A stretch of 64,000 nucleotides of DNA from Cyanophora paradoxa CCMP329 (lineage: Eukaryota > Plantae > Glaucophyta). This document shows, one piece after another, positions 11,766-25,348 of this stretch (position 1 is its first letter; each line of letters opens with the position of its first letter). The stretch is taken from positions 62,001-126,000 of the forward strand of contig QPMI01000225.1 of assembly GCA_004431415.1 (NCBI GenBank). The letters are read 5' to 3'. The notes beneath the pieces are model-generated. The model was not told the DNA's origin. It saw nothing but the letters and a program-made list of their open reading frames with translations, and did no database searches. A program made the position numbers and the translations under genes.

Positions 11766-13964
11766 ATGCCGACACCGCTCGACGGCAATCTCCTCGCCCT
11801 CACGGCCATCATTACCGTGGGCCAGCAGGTTCTCTTCTTTGCGATTGCGTGGACTTTCAAGGTGCCCCCCGCTCCTTGCACGTGCTTCTCCTTGCCGCGC
11901 GCTGCGGGCGGCGCACGCTGATCATGATCGCTGCAATCGCATATGCAGTTCGATACGGTGCCCACCCTCGCAGCGCGCTCGGGAACTATATGGGCGGCCA
12001 AGCTGCCAGCCGCGCGGGCATTCTGGGCTGCGGGCGGGCGCGGAAGCTTGCTGCACGTAGCTATCGGCAGCTCACCAGATCCCGCTAGCGGCCCCCGCAC
12101 TCGCTCTATGCCCCTTGGCCTGCATCCCGCGGCTCCGCCCCTAACCCCCGCGCGCCCTCCCCGCGACGATTGCAGGTCACAGATTTCGCGGTTCGCCGGC
12201 GATCCTCTAAATTTATCGCGGCGCAGCGGCCGCTGAGCGGCGGCGCAGGGCGGCACCAACTTTCTCGTCCTTGCCCTCGTCACCTTCTTCGTCGGCGGGT
12301 CCTACCTGCCCCGCCAGATCGTCGTGACATGCCTCGTTTGCTTATGGTGCTCTTACTCTTCTAGAGCCGCGGCGCGGCGCGGCGCCCAGCAGATCATCCA
12401 CCTCTGAATTTGAATTCGTTTCGCAGGAGCATACGGCTTGCCGGCTTCCTGCTCATGCGCATCCTCATGTGGTACTCCCCGATAGCTTTCTTGCGGCCTG
12501 CCGCATCTAAACCAGCGAGCGCCGCGCACAGGGGCCATGACAACCGCTTTGACGAAACGCGCAACAACTTCGGCAAGTTCGCCACGTTCTGGTACCCCCC
12601 ACCCCAGCTCTTCCGCGCCATTCTCGGCGCCTAGGAGAGCCGCGCCGCAGGATATTCCAGGCGCTCTGGGTGTGGACGGTCTCCCTGCCCGTGACCCTCC
12701 TCAACGCGTCGCTGGACAACCCCGAGATCGCCGGTCGCGACATCGCCGGGTGCGCCTTCGCTCGCCCCTCGCACCCTCCCCCGTCTCCCCTCATCTCCGT
12801 TCCCCTAAGCTGGGTCATGTTCGGCGTCGGTCTCGCCATCGAGGCCGTTGCGGACGTCCAGGTACCCCGGCCCTCCCCCCCCTCCACCCCTCCCCCCCTC
12901 CCTCCCCCCCCTCCCTCCCTCCCCCCCCCCTCCCCGCCCCCCGGCCTCGGCCCTCTCCGCTGCAGCGATCGCAAGTAACTCCACGCGGCGGCGAGCAGAA
13001 GCTGCGCTTCAAACAGGACCCCGCCAACAAGGGCAAGTGGTGCTCCGTCGGCGTCTGGTGCCCCCGCTGATCTGTTTCGCGTACCCCCCGCCGCTTCTCA
13101 CCTCGCCACCAGGTACTGGACCCGCCACCCGAACTACTTTGGCGAGATGCTCCTCTGGTGCGGAACCGCGTACTCCCCTCGTTCCCGCCCCCACCTCCTT
13201 TGTAACCGGTACCCGGGGCAGGTGGGGGATCTTCACGAGCTGCTCCTCCGTGTTCATCGGGGACCAGGCCTTCAAGTACTTCTCGGTCATCGGCCCCGCC
13301 TTCGTCATGGCGCGATACCCCCCCCCCCCCCCCCTCCCAAGCCCCCTCTCCCCCCCGCTTTCCGCTTTCCCTCTGCTGATCGAGAGTACCCGAGAGCAGG
13401 TCATCCTGCTGCTCCTCTCCGGCATGCCCCTTGTGCGTTTCTGTACCCCTGCGCCGCACGATTCTGTACCCCCGCAGCCCCTTACTCTTCCCGCAGCTCG
13501 AGAAGAGCTCAGATGAGAAGGCAGGCGCCGGAAGCGATGGTACCCCGCCTCCTGCAGCTGACTGTACCCCGGCCAGTTCGGCCACATGGACGCGTACAAG
13601 GAGTACAAGAACTCGACCTCGCCCATCATACCCCTCCCCCGGACCGTCTACAGGCCCGCCCCCGCCCCCGCCCTGCACCCCTCCCGCCGCTCCGCTGGCG
13701 CCCTGAACCGGTACCCCCGCGGCGGGCAGGGCGCTGCCCCGCTTCGTCAAGGCGCTCTTCCTCTTCGAGTGGCCCATGTATCAGCACCCGCCCAAGGCGG
13801 CGGCGGGGGGGGCCGGCCCGCAGGCCGAGCAGTACAGCACCTTCGTGCACACCACGGGGTACCCGACTTCCCGCGCGGCTCGCTCGAGTCAGCCCCACCC
13901 CTCTCATTCCCTCACCGGTAGGAAGCAGGCGCACCAACCGGCGGGGGAAGTCCGAGTGAGCTGA
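11766..13964 (+). CDS. DUF1295 / steroid 5-alpha-reductase-like membrane protein
   Basis: Spliced FKFDTVTDFAGGTNF, WSIRLAGFLLMRI..GHDNRFD, FQALWVWTVSLPV, EAVADVQKLRFK, WYWTRHPNYFGEMLLWWG and LLSGMPLLEK. Confidence 0.9.
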
Positions 13965-14389
13965 GGCGGGGGCGGCTCTGCCCGCGGTCCGACCCTGGTA
14001 CTAGGCTGGTAGCCGCTGAGCCGGCGCCTCCCAGGCTCGTTCAGCGGCGGCTGCACCTCATGCACGGCATGCTAGCTATAACTGACTTCCGGTATTTATG
14101 GTTTCCAATTTCGAGCAGATTTGATAGTACGTATGCATATTCGAACTGGCCATGGGAATTCGAACTTAGGAATGATCGGGCGTCGGGCGTACGTGTAACG
14201 TGCACGTGCATGCATGCAGGGGGTACGCCCGACGTAGGCGCCTGGCGAGCCCCTATAGCAAGCGTCGAATTCGAAGCGGCCCGGTACGGCGCAGCCGCCG
14301 CCGGAGCCGCGCGCATGCTCCCCGCGGCTGCGCGCTGACTCCGGATTCGCGCGCGCCGCAGCGAGCGAGCGTAGGATCCGGAGGTGCCA

Positions 14390-16097
14390 ATGCCGCTCTT
14401 TGAGACGATTCCGATCGACCAGGAGGAGGTCAAGCGCATCGCTAAGGTGCCCCTAAGCGTGGATTCGAATCAAAGCGCACCGCGCGGCCGCCGGCGACCC
14501 TCGCGCAGGAGCACTGGGGTCTGGAGCTTGGCGCGTGCCTGAAGGCATCTCAGAACCACACGTTCAAGTGCACGGGCGAGGATGGCGAGCCGCGCGCCCT
14601 ACGAGTCACGCCCGACCCAAGCATGAAGCGCGACGCGAGCTTCGAGGTCGAGGCCTCGCTACTCTCGTACGTCTCCAGGCACGGCCTTCCGGTGCGCTCG
14701 CCTGCTCGCTCTGCCGCTCCCGCCCGCTTCCGATTGCGCCTCGCACGCGCGCGGGCAGGTCTGCGCGCCCATTCCGAGCAGGAAGAGCGGGGCGAGCTTC
14801 GTGCGCGAGGGGTCGCTGCTCCTCTGCGCCTTCCCGTGGGCCCGCGGCGACGCCGTCAACTACTTCGAGTGGAAGTGGCTCACCGAGCAGGCGCGCCCGG
14901 CCTGCGCCCGCGCCCCTCCTGGCCTCACCCGTCTGTCTTTCCAGAACCAAGTGGAGGCTGTTGGCAGCTGGTTCGCCGCCCATCCCCCGACCCGCTGGCT
15001 GCTGTGCGCCAGCCAACCCGGCGGCCGCGAGATCGATATCGCCGCAGGCTCGCGCGCTTCCACGTCCTCTCGCGCCGGTTCGCGCGGGAGCACCCGGAGA
15101 TCGCGTCCAAGGCCCGCGCGCTCTCCTTCCCTTTGACTTCTCTGGCGCTCTCAGCCGACAGGACAGCCGCGCGCAGGCGCGGGACTACACGGAGCTGCAC
15201 GAGGGCTGCCTCGCCGGGGCGCCCGTCTCGCCGGAGGACGCGGCGGCGCGGGGCGACGCGGCGGCGTACGGCGTGCTGCACGGGGACGTTAACCCCTCGA
15301 ACTTCCACTGGGACGCGGCCGCCGGCGAGGTCGTCGTCTTCGACTGGGACCAGGTCGAGCGCGCCTGGTTCCTCTACGACCTCGTGACCCCTCCCCCGCG
15401 GCCTCGCGCGCCCCCTCGCCGCCGCCCTCGCGCCGACGCGGCCCGGGGCGCAGGCGCAGCCGATCTGGGGCGTGGTGATGCTGGCGGGGGCCGGCTCCCC
15501 CCTCGACCACTCCAAGGTCCCCGAGGCCGACGTCGCCCGCTACACCGGTGCCCCCGCCCCGCCCTCCCCGCACCCCATCCGGGGCGGGCCCGCCCCTGCC
15601 GCGCTGCGCTCACTTAAGCTTGGTGCCCCCCCGTCCCAGATCAAATCGTGGCTGCGTACGAGCGCGGCCTCGCGGCGGCGGGCGAGCCGGCCGCAGTCGA
15701 CCGGTCCGCCCGCTCCCCGGGGCCGCCCGCCCCTCGAGCTCGGGGCCGAGCGGGGGCGGCAGGGGGGCGCTGGGGCGGATGGTGGAGCTGCGCCGCGAGT
15801 TCTACTACCGCTTCTGCAGGTGCCGAGTGCGTCCCCCGCCCCAGCCCGGCTGACGTGCGCTCACCGCGGCCCCCGCGCGCAGGCGGGCCGTCGGGGAGCT
15901 CGACGCGGACTCCTTCATGGGTGCGCCCGCCGCCGCTCCAAGCTTAAGGCCCCGAGGCGCTCTCCGAAGGAGACGTCGAGCTGGCCTCCTCCTGAGCGGG
16001 GGCGGGGCGGGGCGCGCTCCGGCACGCAGGCAAGTTCTGCAACTACATCGTCCGCTGGATCGAAGGGGAGCGGGCGGGGGGCCCCCGCGCGCAGTGA
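14390..16097 (+). CDS. Aminoglycoside-phosphotransferase / type II homoserine kinase-like phosphotransferase
   Basis: LKASQNHTF..ALRV, LARFH, catalytic GVLHGDVNPSNF and VFDWD..AWFLYDLA. TGA at 16095-16097. Confidence 0.85.
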
Positions 16098-17111
16098 CCG
16101 CTAGCGCTCGAGGGCGGGCCCAGCGCTCGAGGCCGCGAGCTCCGAGGCTCGAGGCCGGGCCCTCGCCGGGCGGGGCACGGCGGAGCGCTCGTGAAGCCCG
16201 AGCTCGAGGAGACGGCGCCGGCTGCACGTGCCCCGCGCGCAGCGCTGTCGGCTCTGGCCCTGCATGCTATATTGAATTTAACCAGATAGCTACGATATAT
16301 ACGTGTACTGATTTGCTCTATATCTATGACCCGTGACCCGTTACGGCGTGGCTTGAGTCGGGATCATCGGATCACTTCAACTTGCAATTGGCAATGAAAA
16401 TTGTGGCCATAACGCTGGCACCGATCATTGTTCACACATGCCGTACAAATATCGGATCGAAGCTCTGAGGCTTGTAGGCCTTAATCAAGCTAGCCTAGTA
16501 GGCTAAGCTTCAAGGATGCCATCACTGAGTCATGGCATGATGAAGAATTCGAACGTATACGTAAAGCACAAATTTAAACTCGAGATCGTGCAAGCCCGAC
16601 GGCGAAATTTCGAAGTTCAAAATGGCTGCTTCAAAGAACTGTGATGCAGTTGTCGGGCAATGCTTATGCATATGTTAACTTAGCTTGGAAGTCAAAGAAT
16701 CTGCATGATCATGGTGCATGGGAGGCAGCGGCCGGATTGCGGCTGACTGCGGCTTTCGATGTGGATGAGCAATACTGAAAGCCACTTGCTGCGGCGGACA
16801 AATGCATTCATATCGGGCTCGGCAGCTCGAGAACAAGCGGCTCAGAGCCGGGATAAAGACAATGTTGATGAACAAAACAGACTACAATTATAAAAGCTAC
16901 GGCCCTCATCACACGAGCTTAATTACGAAACGAGGGCAGCTAGGGTCACTCGGGGGATCTACGACTCTGCACGAGCTACGAACGCCTCGCGATGGGACGA
17001 GGAGACCTTCTCGCAAGGGCAAGCACAACCACACCGACTCTACAAAAAATCTACACGGACGGCGCGACGTGTATCACACGGGCGCCCCCGGGCGGCTCGG
17101 GGGCCGCGGCC

Positions 17112-19014
17112 TTAGAGGGAGCCGACGAGGCGGGCAGTGCGGAAGGTGCCGAGCAGGTTGTGGGCGGCGTTGGAGTGGTCGTAGACGCCGCCGTTGAAGG
17201 CGGCGCCGACGTCCTTGCCGATGAAGGGTTCCATGATGGCGCGGCCGCCGGGGTGCGTGGGGACGAAGTCGGTGACGTCGTGCACGATGCCCTCGACGAC
17301 GACGAGCGCCTTCTTGCCCTCCTTGTTCTCCGACGAGCGCGAGAGCTTCTTGAACTCGGCGACGCTCATCTCGGGGAGGTGGGCGGGGTCGACGGCCCAC
17401 TTGACGTGCGCCTTGATCGCGTCGAGGCGCTTCTGCTCCATCTGGATGCGGCCCTTGACGACCTCGTTTTGAGGGAAGGTGTGCAGGTTGTACGTGAGGC
17501 CGACCCACGAGCAGATGCGGATGAGCCACTTGGTCGGGTCGTACTGGAAGAACTTGATCGCGTTGCGGTAGTCGCCGGGGAACTCGTGGTGGAAGTTGTG
17601 GTACCCCTCGCCCATGGTCGCGAGCGCGGTAATCCACGAGTCGCGCGGGGTGTGCGTGTCGGCGAAGGGCTGGTCGCCGATCATGTGCGCGATCGAGTTG
17701 ATGCAGAAGGTCGACTGGTGCACCATCACCTGCCGCAGCACGCCGGCGATGAGGAACCCGCCCTTCCAGTCGCCCCAGAAGTAGCTGCCCGGCCGCGATT
17801 CTCAGCGGGGGCGCGCGGCTCGGAGCGAGAGGCGCTGGCGCACCCGGCGACGAAGGTGGGGATGCCGAAGGAGCAGAGGGGGCCGAACCAGGAGTAGTGC
17901 TTGTGCTGCCAGCGGACGAGGAGGTCGGCGTTGAGGTCGGAGATGTCGCAGCGGCCGATCTTCTTCGTGTCCTGCTTGAGCAGCATCCAGCCCATGTGCG
18001 AGTAGAAGAAGCCCTTCTTCGCCGAGTAGGGGTCCTGCGCGGCGCCCCGTCAGCGGCGGATCCGCCCGCGCCGGCGAGCCGGTCGCGCGAGCCTTCTCAG
18101 TGTCAACGAAGCGGTGGTGGGCGCGGTGGTCGCGGCTCCACCAGCGGATCGAGCTGCGGGCGCGCGACGCGAATCGGCGGCGGCGGCGGCGGCTGCTCGC
18201 GCGTCGGGACTCGGGGCTACGCACCCCTCGAGAGCGCCGGTCCCCATGATCAAAAGCATGAGCTGCATCGGCAGGCGAGCGTCGTACGAGCGGTGGGCCC
18301 AGTAGCGGTGGTAGCCTGGGGCCAGAGGTCAGACGTCACGCGCGTCACGGGTGTGGGCGGCGGGTTGCGGGCGCACCAGCAGTGATGCCGAGGCCAGTCA
18401 GGTAGTACCAGACGAAGGCCCACGTATACGTCTTGACGTTGAAGTCGCAAGTGAAGACGCCATACGCGGCAAGGACAGGGGTGCCGAGCAGGAGAGGCAC
18501 ATGGAGCCAGTTAAGAGTAGCAAGGAAGGCCTGCGCGACGGTCTGGTTAGATCTCCGACGAGCGAGATGGCGGGAAAGGGTCCCGCGTCACGTATGCAAA
18601 TCGCCGACGCGCCTTCAGCGACTCGAGGATGGGGGTCGCGTTGGGATCCTGCTGACCGAAGAAGAGCTGCATGAATGACGTCAGAGAAGCGTGGGACTGG
18701 GTCCGAGAGCCGGAGCGGGGCGCACCGCGATGCCGGCGGCGAGCACAACCCAAACGCACGCCGAATAGTAATAGGGGAGAAACGAGGAAGCCACGCCTGC
18801 GGCAATGGCAGCCCCGGCGAACGCAGCAGGAACGCCGAGCTCCTCGAGCTGCCGAGTGGATAACGTCAGTCTCCCGCGCATGTGAACTGCGCGCGCGAGG
18901 GCCAACCGGCGTGGGCTTCTCGTTCACGGCCTCGACGGCAGCCTTCTGCTCATAGATCGGAGTGTAGTGGGCCTCGCGGAGGTCGATCTGGTCGACCTGG
19001 CAGTTCGGAGCCAT
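17112..19014 (-). CDS. OLE1: Delta-9 acyl-CoA desaturase with C-terminal cytochrome b5 (OLE1 type)
   Basis: His boxes GYHRYWAH, DHRAHH and YHNFHH; DPYSAKKGFFYSHMGW; YDPTKWLI; C-terminal HPGG b5 motif. Confidence 0.95.
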
Positions 19015-19323
19015 CGCTGGGTCGGCGGGCTGCGCGCGGACAACGTCAGGGCGACAGAGGAGAGGCCCCCGAGCGTTCAGGATGCACCAGAAGAGATCTT
19101 GTGAGGATGAGAAATGGACGCGCAGCCTGACGCGCAGGATCTCACCACCCGCGTGACTAATGCCCTGCACGTGTTGCAACTAGCCCAACTTGGTACCCCT
19201 GCTAGACATCGCTGAGGATCGCTCAGGAGTCAGGATCGCTGAGGATCGCTTAGGATTGCTGACGCTTAATGCTGAGCGCTGCGCGGCTGCTTCTTCGCAA
19301 CTTTCGACTGGCGTGCGCAATAG

Positions 19324-20100
19324 ATGCCGCGTGCGGTCTCAGCGGTATCATCGGGAGTGCTCGGCAGCTGGCTCGAACGGCTACCTTCGGCCTGTGCAGA
19401 CTGTACCGGATACCAGCGCGCCGCTTTCGCAGAGGCGACAGAGCGCGCGCCGCGCGTCGCGCGCTCGGCTGCCGAGGCAGGCCGGCGCCTAGGCCTAGCT
19501 ATAGGCATGCGAGGGCGCGGTTTTCGTCCGCGGACGTGGGCGCAATCGAGGAACGATGTTCCGCGCGAACCGTTGAACTTTTGTGAATCGAATTAGGTGC
19601 TGATTCACAGCCTGCCTTCCTCGACGCTTGAGCGGGTCCCCCTCGACGATCGGACGCTGCAGCTGGGCGTGCTGGCGGCGCGCGATGCGTGCGCGCGGGG
19701 CTCCGCCCCCTCCACCCCCCTCCCCCCCTCCCGCCCCCCCTCCCCCCCCCTTCCCCCCCCCCCTCTCCCGCGCCCGCCCCCACGCCACCCTGTAGCCCAA
19801 CTCCGAGTTGACGCCGCGGGGTATGCGCAGTTCCAGTGACGCATGCATGGCCTCCTCGCGAACGCCGGGCCTGGCGCCGGCGCCGCTGTGCTACCCGACG
19901 TCAGCTTTTCGCAACGAACCCTCCCGCCCCGGCCGGCGCCCCCTCCCCCCCTAGGCCTCCCCTCCCGCCCCCCCCCCCCCCCCCTGCCCCAATCCCCCTC
20001 CTCCCGAACCATATATACCCCCCTCCCCCCTTCCCGAACCATACCAAACCCACTCCGCGGCTTTAACTCCCCAAGCAGGTACGAACCTTCACGCTCAGGT
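19324..20100 (+). CDS. Possible small spliced gene, unknown function
   Basis: Two C-rich intron-like tracts ending in YAG (about 19690-19795 and 19920-20078) separate short open segments. No recognisable domain, and the model is ambiguous. Confidence 0.22.
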
Positions 20101-20691
20101 GAGCTTTCTCGCATGCGCTCAGATGCTATCCGGTCCGCTTGGATCTAAGCTGAGCGCAGGCCGCTCCGTCACACGGCGTGTGGCCGCCGGGCGACGTCGA
20201 CGTCGACCGCAGCGTACGCGGGGATCATAATTTTTATAATCAAGTATACATACGTACGCTAACTAGTAAGATGTACTTAGTCTTCACAAAGTATATCGAA
20301 ACTTTGAAACTACATACACAACTGAGTCACTGAATCATTATGAAATTACTGTACATGTGTAGAATACTAGTACTCCGATAAGCGCAACTCTATCTATCTG
20401 TATCATAGTATGGACGTAAAACGCAACTGCCCCACGAAATTAAATCTCATCGATCAGGATCGTGCCAGCGTACACAGCGACAACTACTCTAGAAACAATC
20501 TAGATCCACTAGGTCAATGGCCAGCCTGGCAAGACTGAAATGAAAGCTCGCGTGCATGAGATGCGGCAACGTGGCAGGCTAGAGTACGGCTAAGCGGCTA
20601 GGCGGGAGCTCGGAAGCCTGAAAAAGAAAGACTGGCGTGCCAAGGTGAACCGCTTAACAAATAGCGATAGCTAAGATCAAAATGCAGAGGT

Positions 20692-22630
20692 TCAGCAGGG
20701 GACGACCTGGACGGGGCCGTTCTCGGAGTCGCCGCCGGCGGCGGCCGCGGCGGAGCGCATGCGCGCCGTGCTCGCGAGCCTCGACGCCAGCTGCCGATCC
20801 GCTTCTCAGGCCAACGAACTCGAAAGGGGACGGCTCACTGGGCCGTGGGGGCGGACCTGGCGGAGGGTCTCGCGCTGCGCCTCGCATACCTGCCCCGGAA
20901 ATTGTGAGCAAACAAGGTGAAGACATGTACAGGCCTTGAAAGCAGCCCCCGAAGGGGGGCGGGGGGGGGGGGGGGGGGGGCGAAGAGGGGAGGGGGGGGG
21001 TACCTGCTGGCGGGCGGCGGCGACGAAGCGGTCGAAGGCGGCGGGGGAGATGTTCCGGTAGTGCATCTCGCGGGGGGAGAGCTCCACCTGCCCGCCCCGG
21101 CTCAGCCGGCGGGCCCCGGAGGGGATGAGGGCGGGGCCGGGGCGGGCTCGGGCCTGGAAGCGGAGGAACTCGACGTTCTCGGGGCGCTCGGCGCCGCCCT
21201 CGGCCCCCGCGCTCATCGCCTCCAGCAGCATGCTCGGCACGCTCTCCTGCGACCTCCACAGGTACGAGATGATCGGGAAGAGCCACCTGCCCGCCAGCCG
21301 CGCGCCCCCGTGAGGCCCCGATCCGGGGAGGGCGGCGCGCCGGCCGGGGGAGTTCGAGGGCGCACCCGATGGCGCTGCGGTTGCGGAGGGCGCGGCGGCG
21401 CTCGGGGCGGGGGCGGCGGGCCTCGCCGGTGCCGATGGAGACGACGAGGATCTTGGCGGTGGGGTAGAGCCGCCGGGCCTCGTTGTACGCCAGCAGCGCC
21501 GGGTTCGCCGCCCACAGGCCCCTGCCGCACCGCCTTCAGCGCCCCGCCCCCGGCCCCGCCCACGAGGCGGCCGGGCCGGGGCGCGGACCCGTCCACGAAG
21601 ACGTGGCCGGCGGGGGCGCGGCGTTGGGGCCGTGGGCGCGGGGCGCCGCGCGGGCGCCAGGGCGACGGGCGGGTGCACCGTCGGCGCCCTGCGCGCCGCC
21701 CTCGAACCGGCGGGGGCCGAGGGCGAGCGTGGGGCGGGCCACGACCACCGCAGCACGTCGCCGTGGCGGTAGTCGTCGGCGGCCTCCTCGCGGGCGGCGC
21801 GGCTGCGGAAGACGAAGGGGGCGTCCGCCTCGAGGTCGCAGGCGGGGACGACGAGGGCCCCGCGGACGTCGCTGAGGTGGAAGTCCCCCGTGAGGGCGTC
21901 GAAGGTCGCGTGCACGCGCCCGTGGTCCAGCGTCGGGGCCCAGCACGGCAGCACCGCCCGCGCCAAGCCCTCCACCACCCGCGCCCCCAGCGACGTCCAC
22001 ATCCCCGTGATCTCCCGGTACCCGTCCCTCATGTACTGCAGCTGCGGGGCCGGGAGGGGGCGTGTCAGTCTCCCATGGCGGCGGGGGAGGGGGAGGGGGG
22101 AAGGGGGGCACCGCGTCGGCGGCGCTCCAGCCCTTGCCGCGATGGTGGCCGGTGGCGAGCTCGGGGGGGAGGAGGAGGGCGCCGAGGCCGATGGCGCCGG
22201 CCGAGGTGCCGGCGAAGACGTCGAAGAGGTCGGCGACGCGGCGCCCCGCGAGGGCCTCCAGCTCGGCGAGGACCGCCATGCTGATGACCCCGCGGTAGCC
22301 GCCCGCGTCGAGCGAGAGCACCGTCACCAGCCGCGCCTCGGCCGCCGAGCCCCGCCGCGACGCCACGGCCGAGGAGGCGGCGCTGGGCGCCCCCAGGAGC
22401 GCCGCGGCGGAGGACGGGGCGCTGAGGAGCGCCTCCGCCTCCTCTTCCAGGTCATGGGCCTCGACCGCGCCGCGGCCTCGGCCCGCTGCAGCGGCAGCCC
22501 ACGGCGCGGCCGGCGCGGCCTCAGGTGGGTCGGAGGGTCCAGATGTGGATCCGGGTTCGGCCGCTTCGTTGGCTGGGCTGGGGTCTACTCGCACAGCTGG
22601 GCGCACTTGGACGAGAGACCCCTTCCGCAT
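20692..22630 (-). CDS. Patatin-like phospholipase
   Basis: VLSLDAGGYRG (glycine-rich loop), FDVFAGTSAG (GxSxG), spliced FVDG-GLWANPA and ILVVSIGTG. Confidence 0.92.
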
Positions 22631-23040
22631 CGACCCGCTGACGCCGCTGCTGCAAAGCTCCTGTCAACGTCAACGGTGTGGTGTTCAATAGGATCGCACA
22701 GCGGTAGCCGCAGCCCGGAGCCGCCGAGGCAGCTTATAACTTCTGCTGGTCGAAATGATAATCTTTGAGGAGCACAAGGACCGGACGAGCGCGGAGTCCG
22801 GGATGCGATCGGGGTCAAAGAGGCAAAATCGGCCCGCCGGCCGGCCACGTGGAACTCGTGACGCGAGATCTACAGTCCTGACGAGTTGCGCATGCTTTGC
22901 GGGCCTAGGGTGCGAAGGAACTCTGAGGACGCTTTTTTTTACGCTCGAGCTCGCGGGTACTTGAATCTTCGCGTGGCAGTTACAGCAGGCCGCGACAGCA
23001 GGCGTGGGGCGAGCAGGAACCCGGCCGTGCCGGTGGGCGA

Positions 23041-24740
23041 ATGCAAGGCTCGATCGATTTCGACCAGGTCCAGCGCTTCGCGGAGGCAGACCGATGTGTG
23101 CTGGTGGTCGATGGCGATGTGCTCGACGTAACTGACTGGTTTGAACCTGCGCTACAGCACCGCCCGGCGCCGCGTGCACGTGAGAGCTCATTCGAATTCA
23201 CCCGTAGGGCCGCGAGCCACCCGGGCGGTCCAGAGCTGCTGCATTCGCTCTCCGGCAAGGATGCGACCTGCGCGTTTCATTCCTATCATCCCCCGGACAG
23301 CAAGGCCGTGCGGTGCGCCCTCAAGGCTTGCCGGATCGGGCGCGTCGCTCCAGCTCCGCCTGCAAGGCCACGCGAGGCGCTCGCGGAGGCTAACGGAGGT
23401 TCATTGGATCGCAAAGCCATCAGAGGCTTCTACACCACGCTCCAGAGGCGCGTGGATGCGTACTTCAAAGAGAACAAGCTCGCGAGGCGCGGGCACACGC
23501 TCCTGTACGCCAAGACGGTCGCCATCCTCGCCCTCGCGAGCCTCAGCTACCGCGTCGCGCTGTTCCCGAACGTTCCACGCCCCGTGCAATTCCTGTCAGC
23601 CGCCTTGCTCGGCGTCTGCATGGGGTGGATCGGCATCTGCATCCAGCACGACGGCAATCACGGCTCATACTCGTCCAGCCAGCTTGTGCGTCGTGCGGCT
23701 GGCATCACTCTCGACCTGGGTGGATGCTCAAGCTACATCTGGACACGCACCCACAACATGAGCCATCATATTTACACAAACACTAGCAAAGACCCAGACA
23801 TTTGCGTGTCACAGGTACGCTGTGCATTGATTACTGGCATCATTGCTGTCCCTGATCGACTGCAAGCAGAAGGACATCAGACGATTCAGCACGTACCATC
23901 CACTCCACTGGTTTCATAGATTCCAGTACATCTACCTTCCTGTATTGTACGGGATATTATCCTTTAAGAGCCATTTGGTTGAGGACTTCCGTGTTCTTCT
24001 AACTGGTGAATTCGGAGGGTGAGCAGTTCGCATGTTTCATTCCAGTGCTTCTTTTGTGTCGTCTAAATCCTCTGTCAGAGTGCAGATCGGTCGCCCCAAA
24101 GGCTTCGAGCTTGCTCTTTTTATTTCTGGCAAGGTGCAATTTGAATTCCAAACATAAGCCGGCAAAGCTGCAGCTGCAACTGCCTGTTTGCAGATTTACT
24201 TCTTCGGAATCTTCTTTGCTGTACCATACCTCCTCGGAGTTGAGGCTCGGCGTATCGCCCTGTGCTTCATAACTGCAGAGGTGCACATCTTAAAGTTTCT
24301 ACTGTAAAGAGCGGTTTCTTATACGTGCCTTCACTGTGCAGGTTTTCTCTGGCTACATGCTTGCTTTTATCTTTCAGGTGGCTCACGTTGCGGATGGCGT
24401 GCACTTTTGGCCTGAAGAAGAAGAAGAGGGGAAGCCATTCGACAAGGACGTCTGGGCGGTGAGGCAGCTCATGTCCACGTCGAACTTCGCGCCCGGGTCG
24501 GCTCTGTGGACGCACATCACGGGTGGCCTCAACCACCAAGTCGAGCACCACCTCTTCCCCGGGATTTCCCACACCCACTACCCAGCTATCTCGCGCATCG
24601 TGCGAGACGCGTGCCTCGAGCACGGCGTGCCGTACCTCGCGTTCCCGTCCTTCTGGGAGGCGGTCAAGGCCCACATCCGCTGGCTGAAGAAGCTCGGCAC
24701 CGCCAAAGCTTCTTGCAGCATGTCCCTGTACTCTATGTAA
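23041..24740 (+). CDS. Front-end (delta-5-like) fatty acid desaturase with N-terminal cytochrome b5
   Basis: HPGG, QHDGNHG, HNMSHHIYTN and GGLNHQVEHHLFP (Q-substituted third box). Confidence 0.93.
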
Positions 24741-25348
24741 TTTATTAGTTTACAGTTCACAGTTCGCATGTACATGTTTCTCTCCTGTCCCTGTCCTTTG
24801 CGGGTACCTCGCTCCAGATCTGAATCTCACTGTCTGCATTCTAATTACCAGACTAGTACTCCATTTCTGGTTTAGGCCTAGAGTTGACGTTGTAGCTAGA
24901 TGTAGGTCGCATCTTGGTACTACGGTACCGGTAGGCCTAATGGAGCTAGATATAATGTAGCCATGAAAATTCGCTCATTTTGTACTAGCTACTATGGTGT
25001 GCATGCGCAGATCTAGATCTAGATTCATGATTATTGACGCCGAGTCGACGGTCCGTCTCAACATTGGGAACCAATCACGGCTGGCAACAACCCGCATCGA
25101 TCCGACGATCGATATCATATAATGACATGAAATGGCGTGAGCGGCGGAAGGGGGGAAGCGGAAGAGTTCAAAAGGGCTGGGTTGAATCAGGAAGGAGGGC
25201 CGGGAGCTCGAGTCGGAGCCCGCTAGGCCCGGACAAGCGGGGCGCGCAAGCTCGGGAGGACACGGGAGACGCGGGGAGATGTAAGGGTACACGCCCGTAT
25301 GGGGGCCGGGGGAGAATCCAGGGAGAGGGGTACGCAAAGCTCGAGGGC

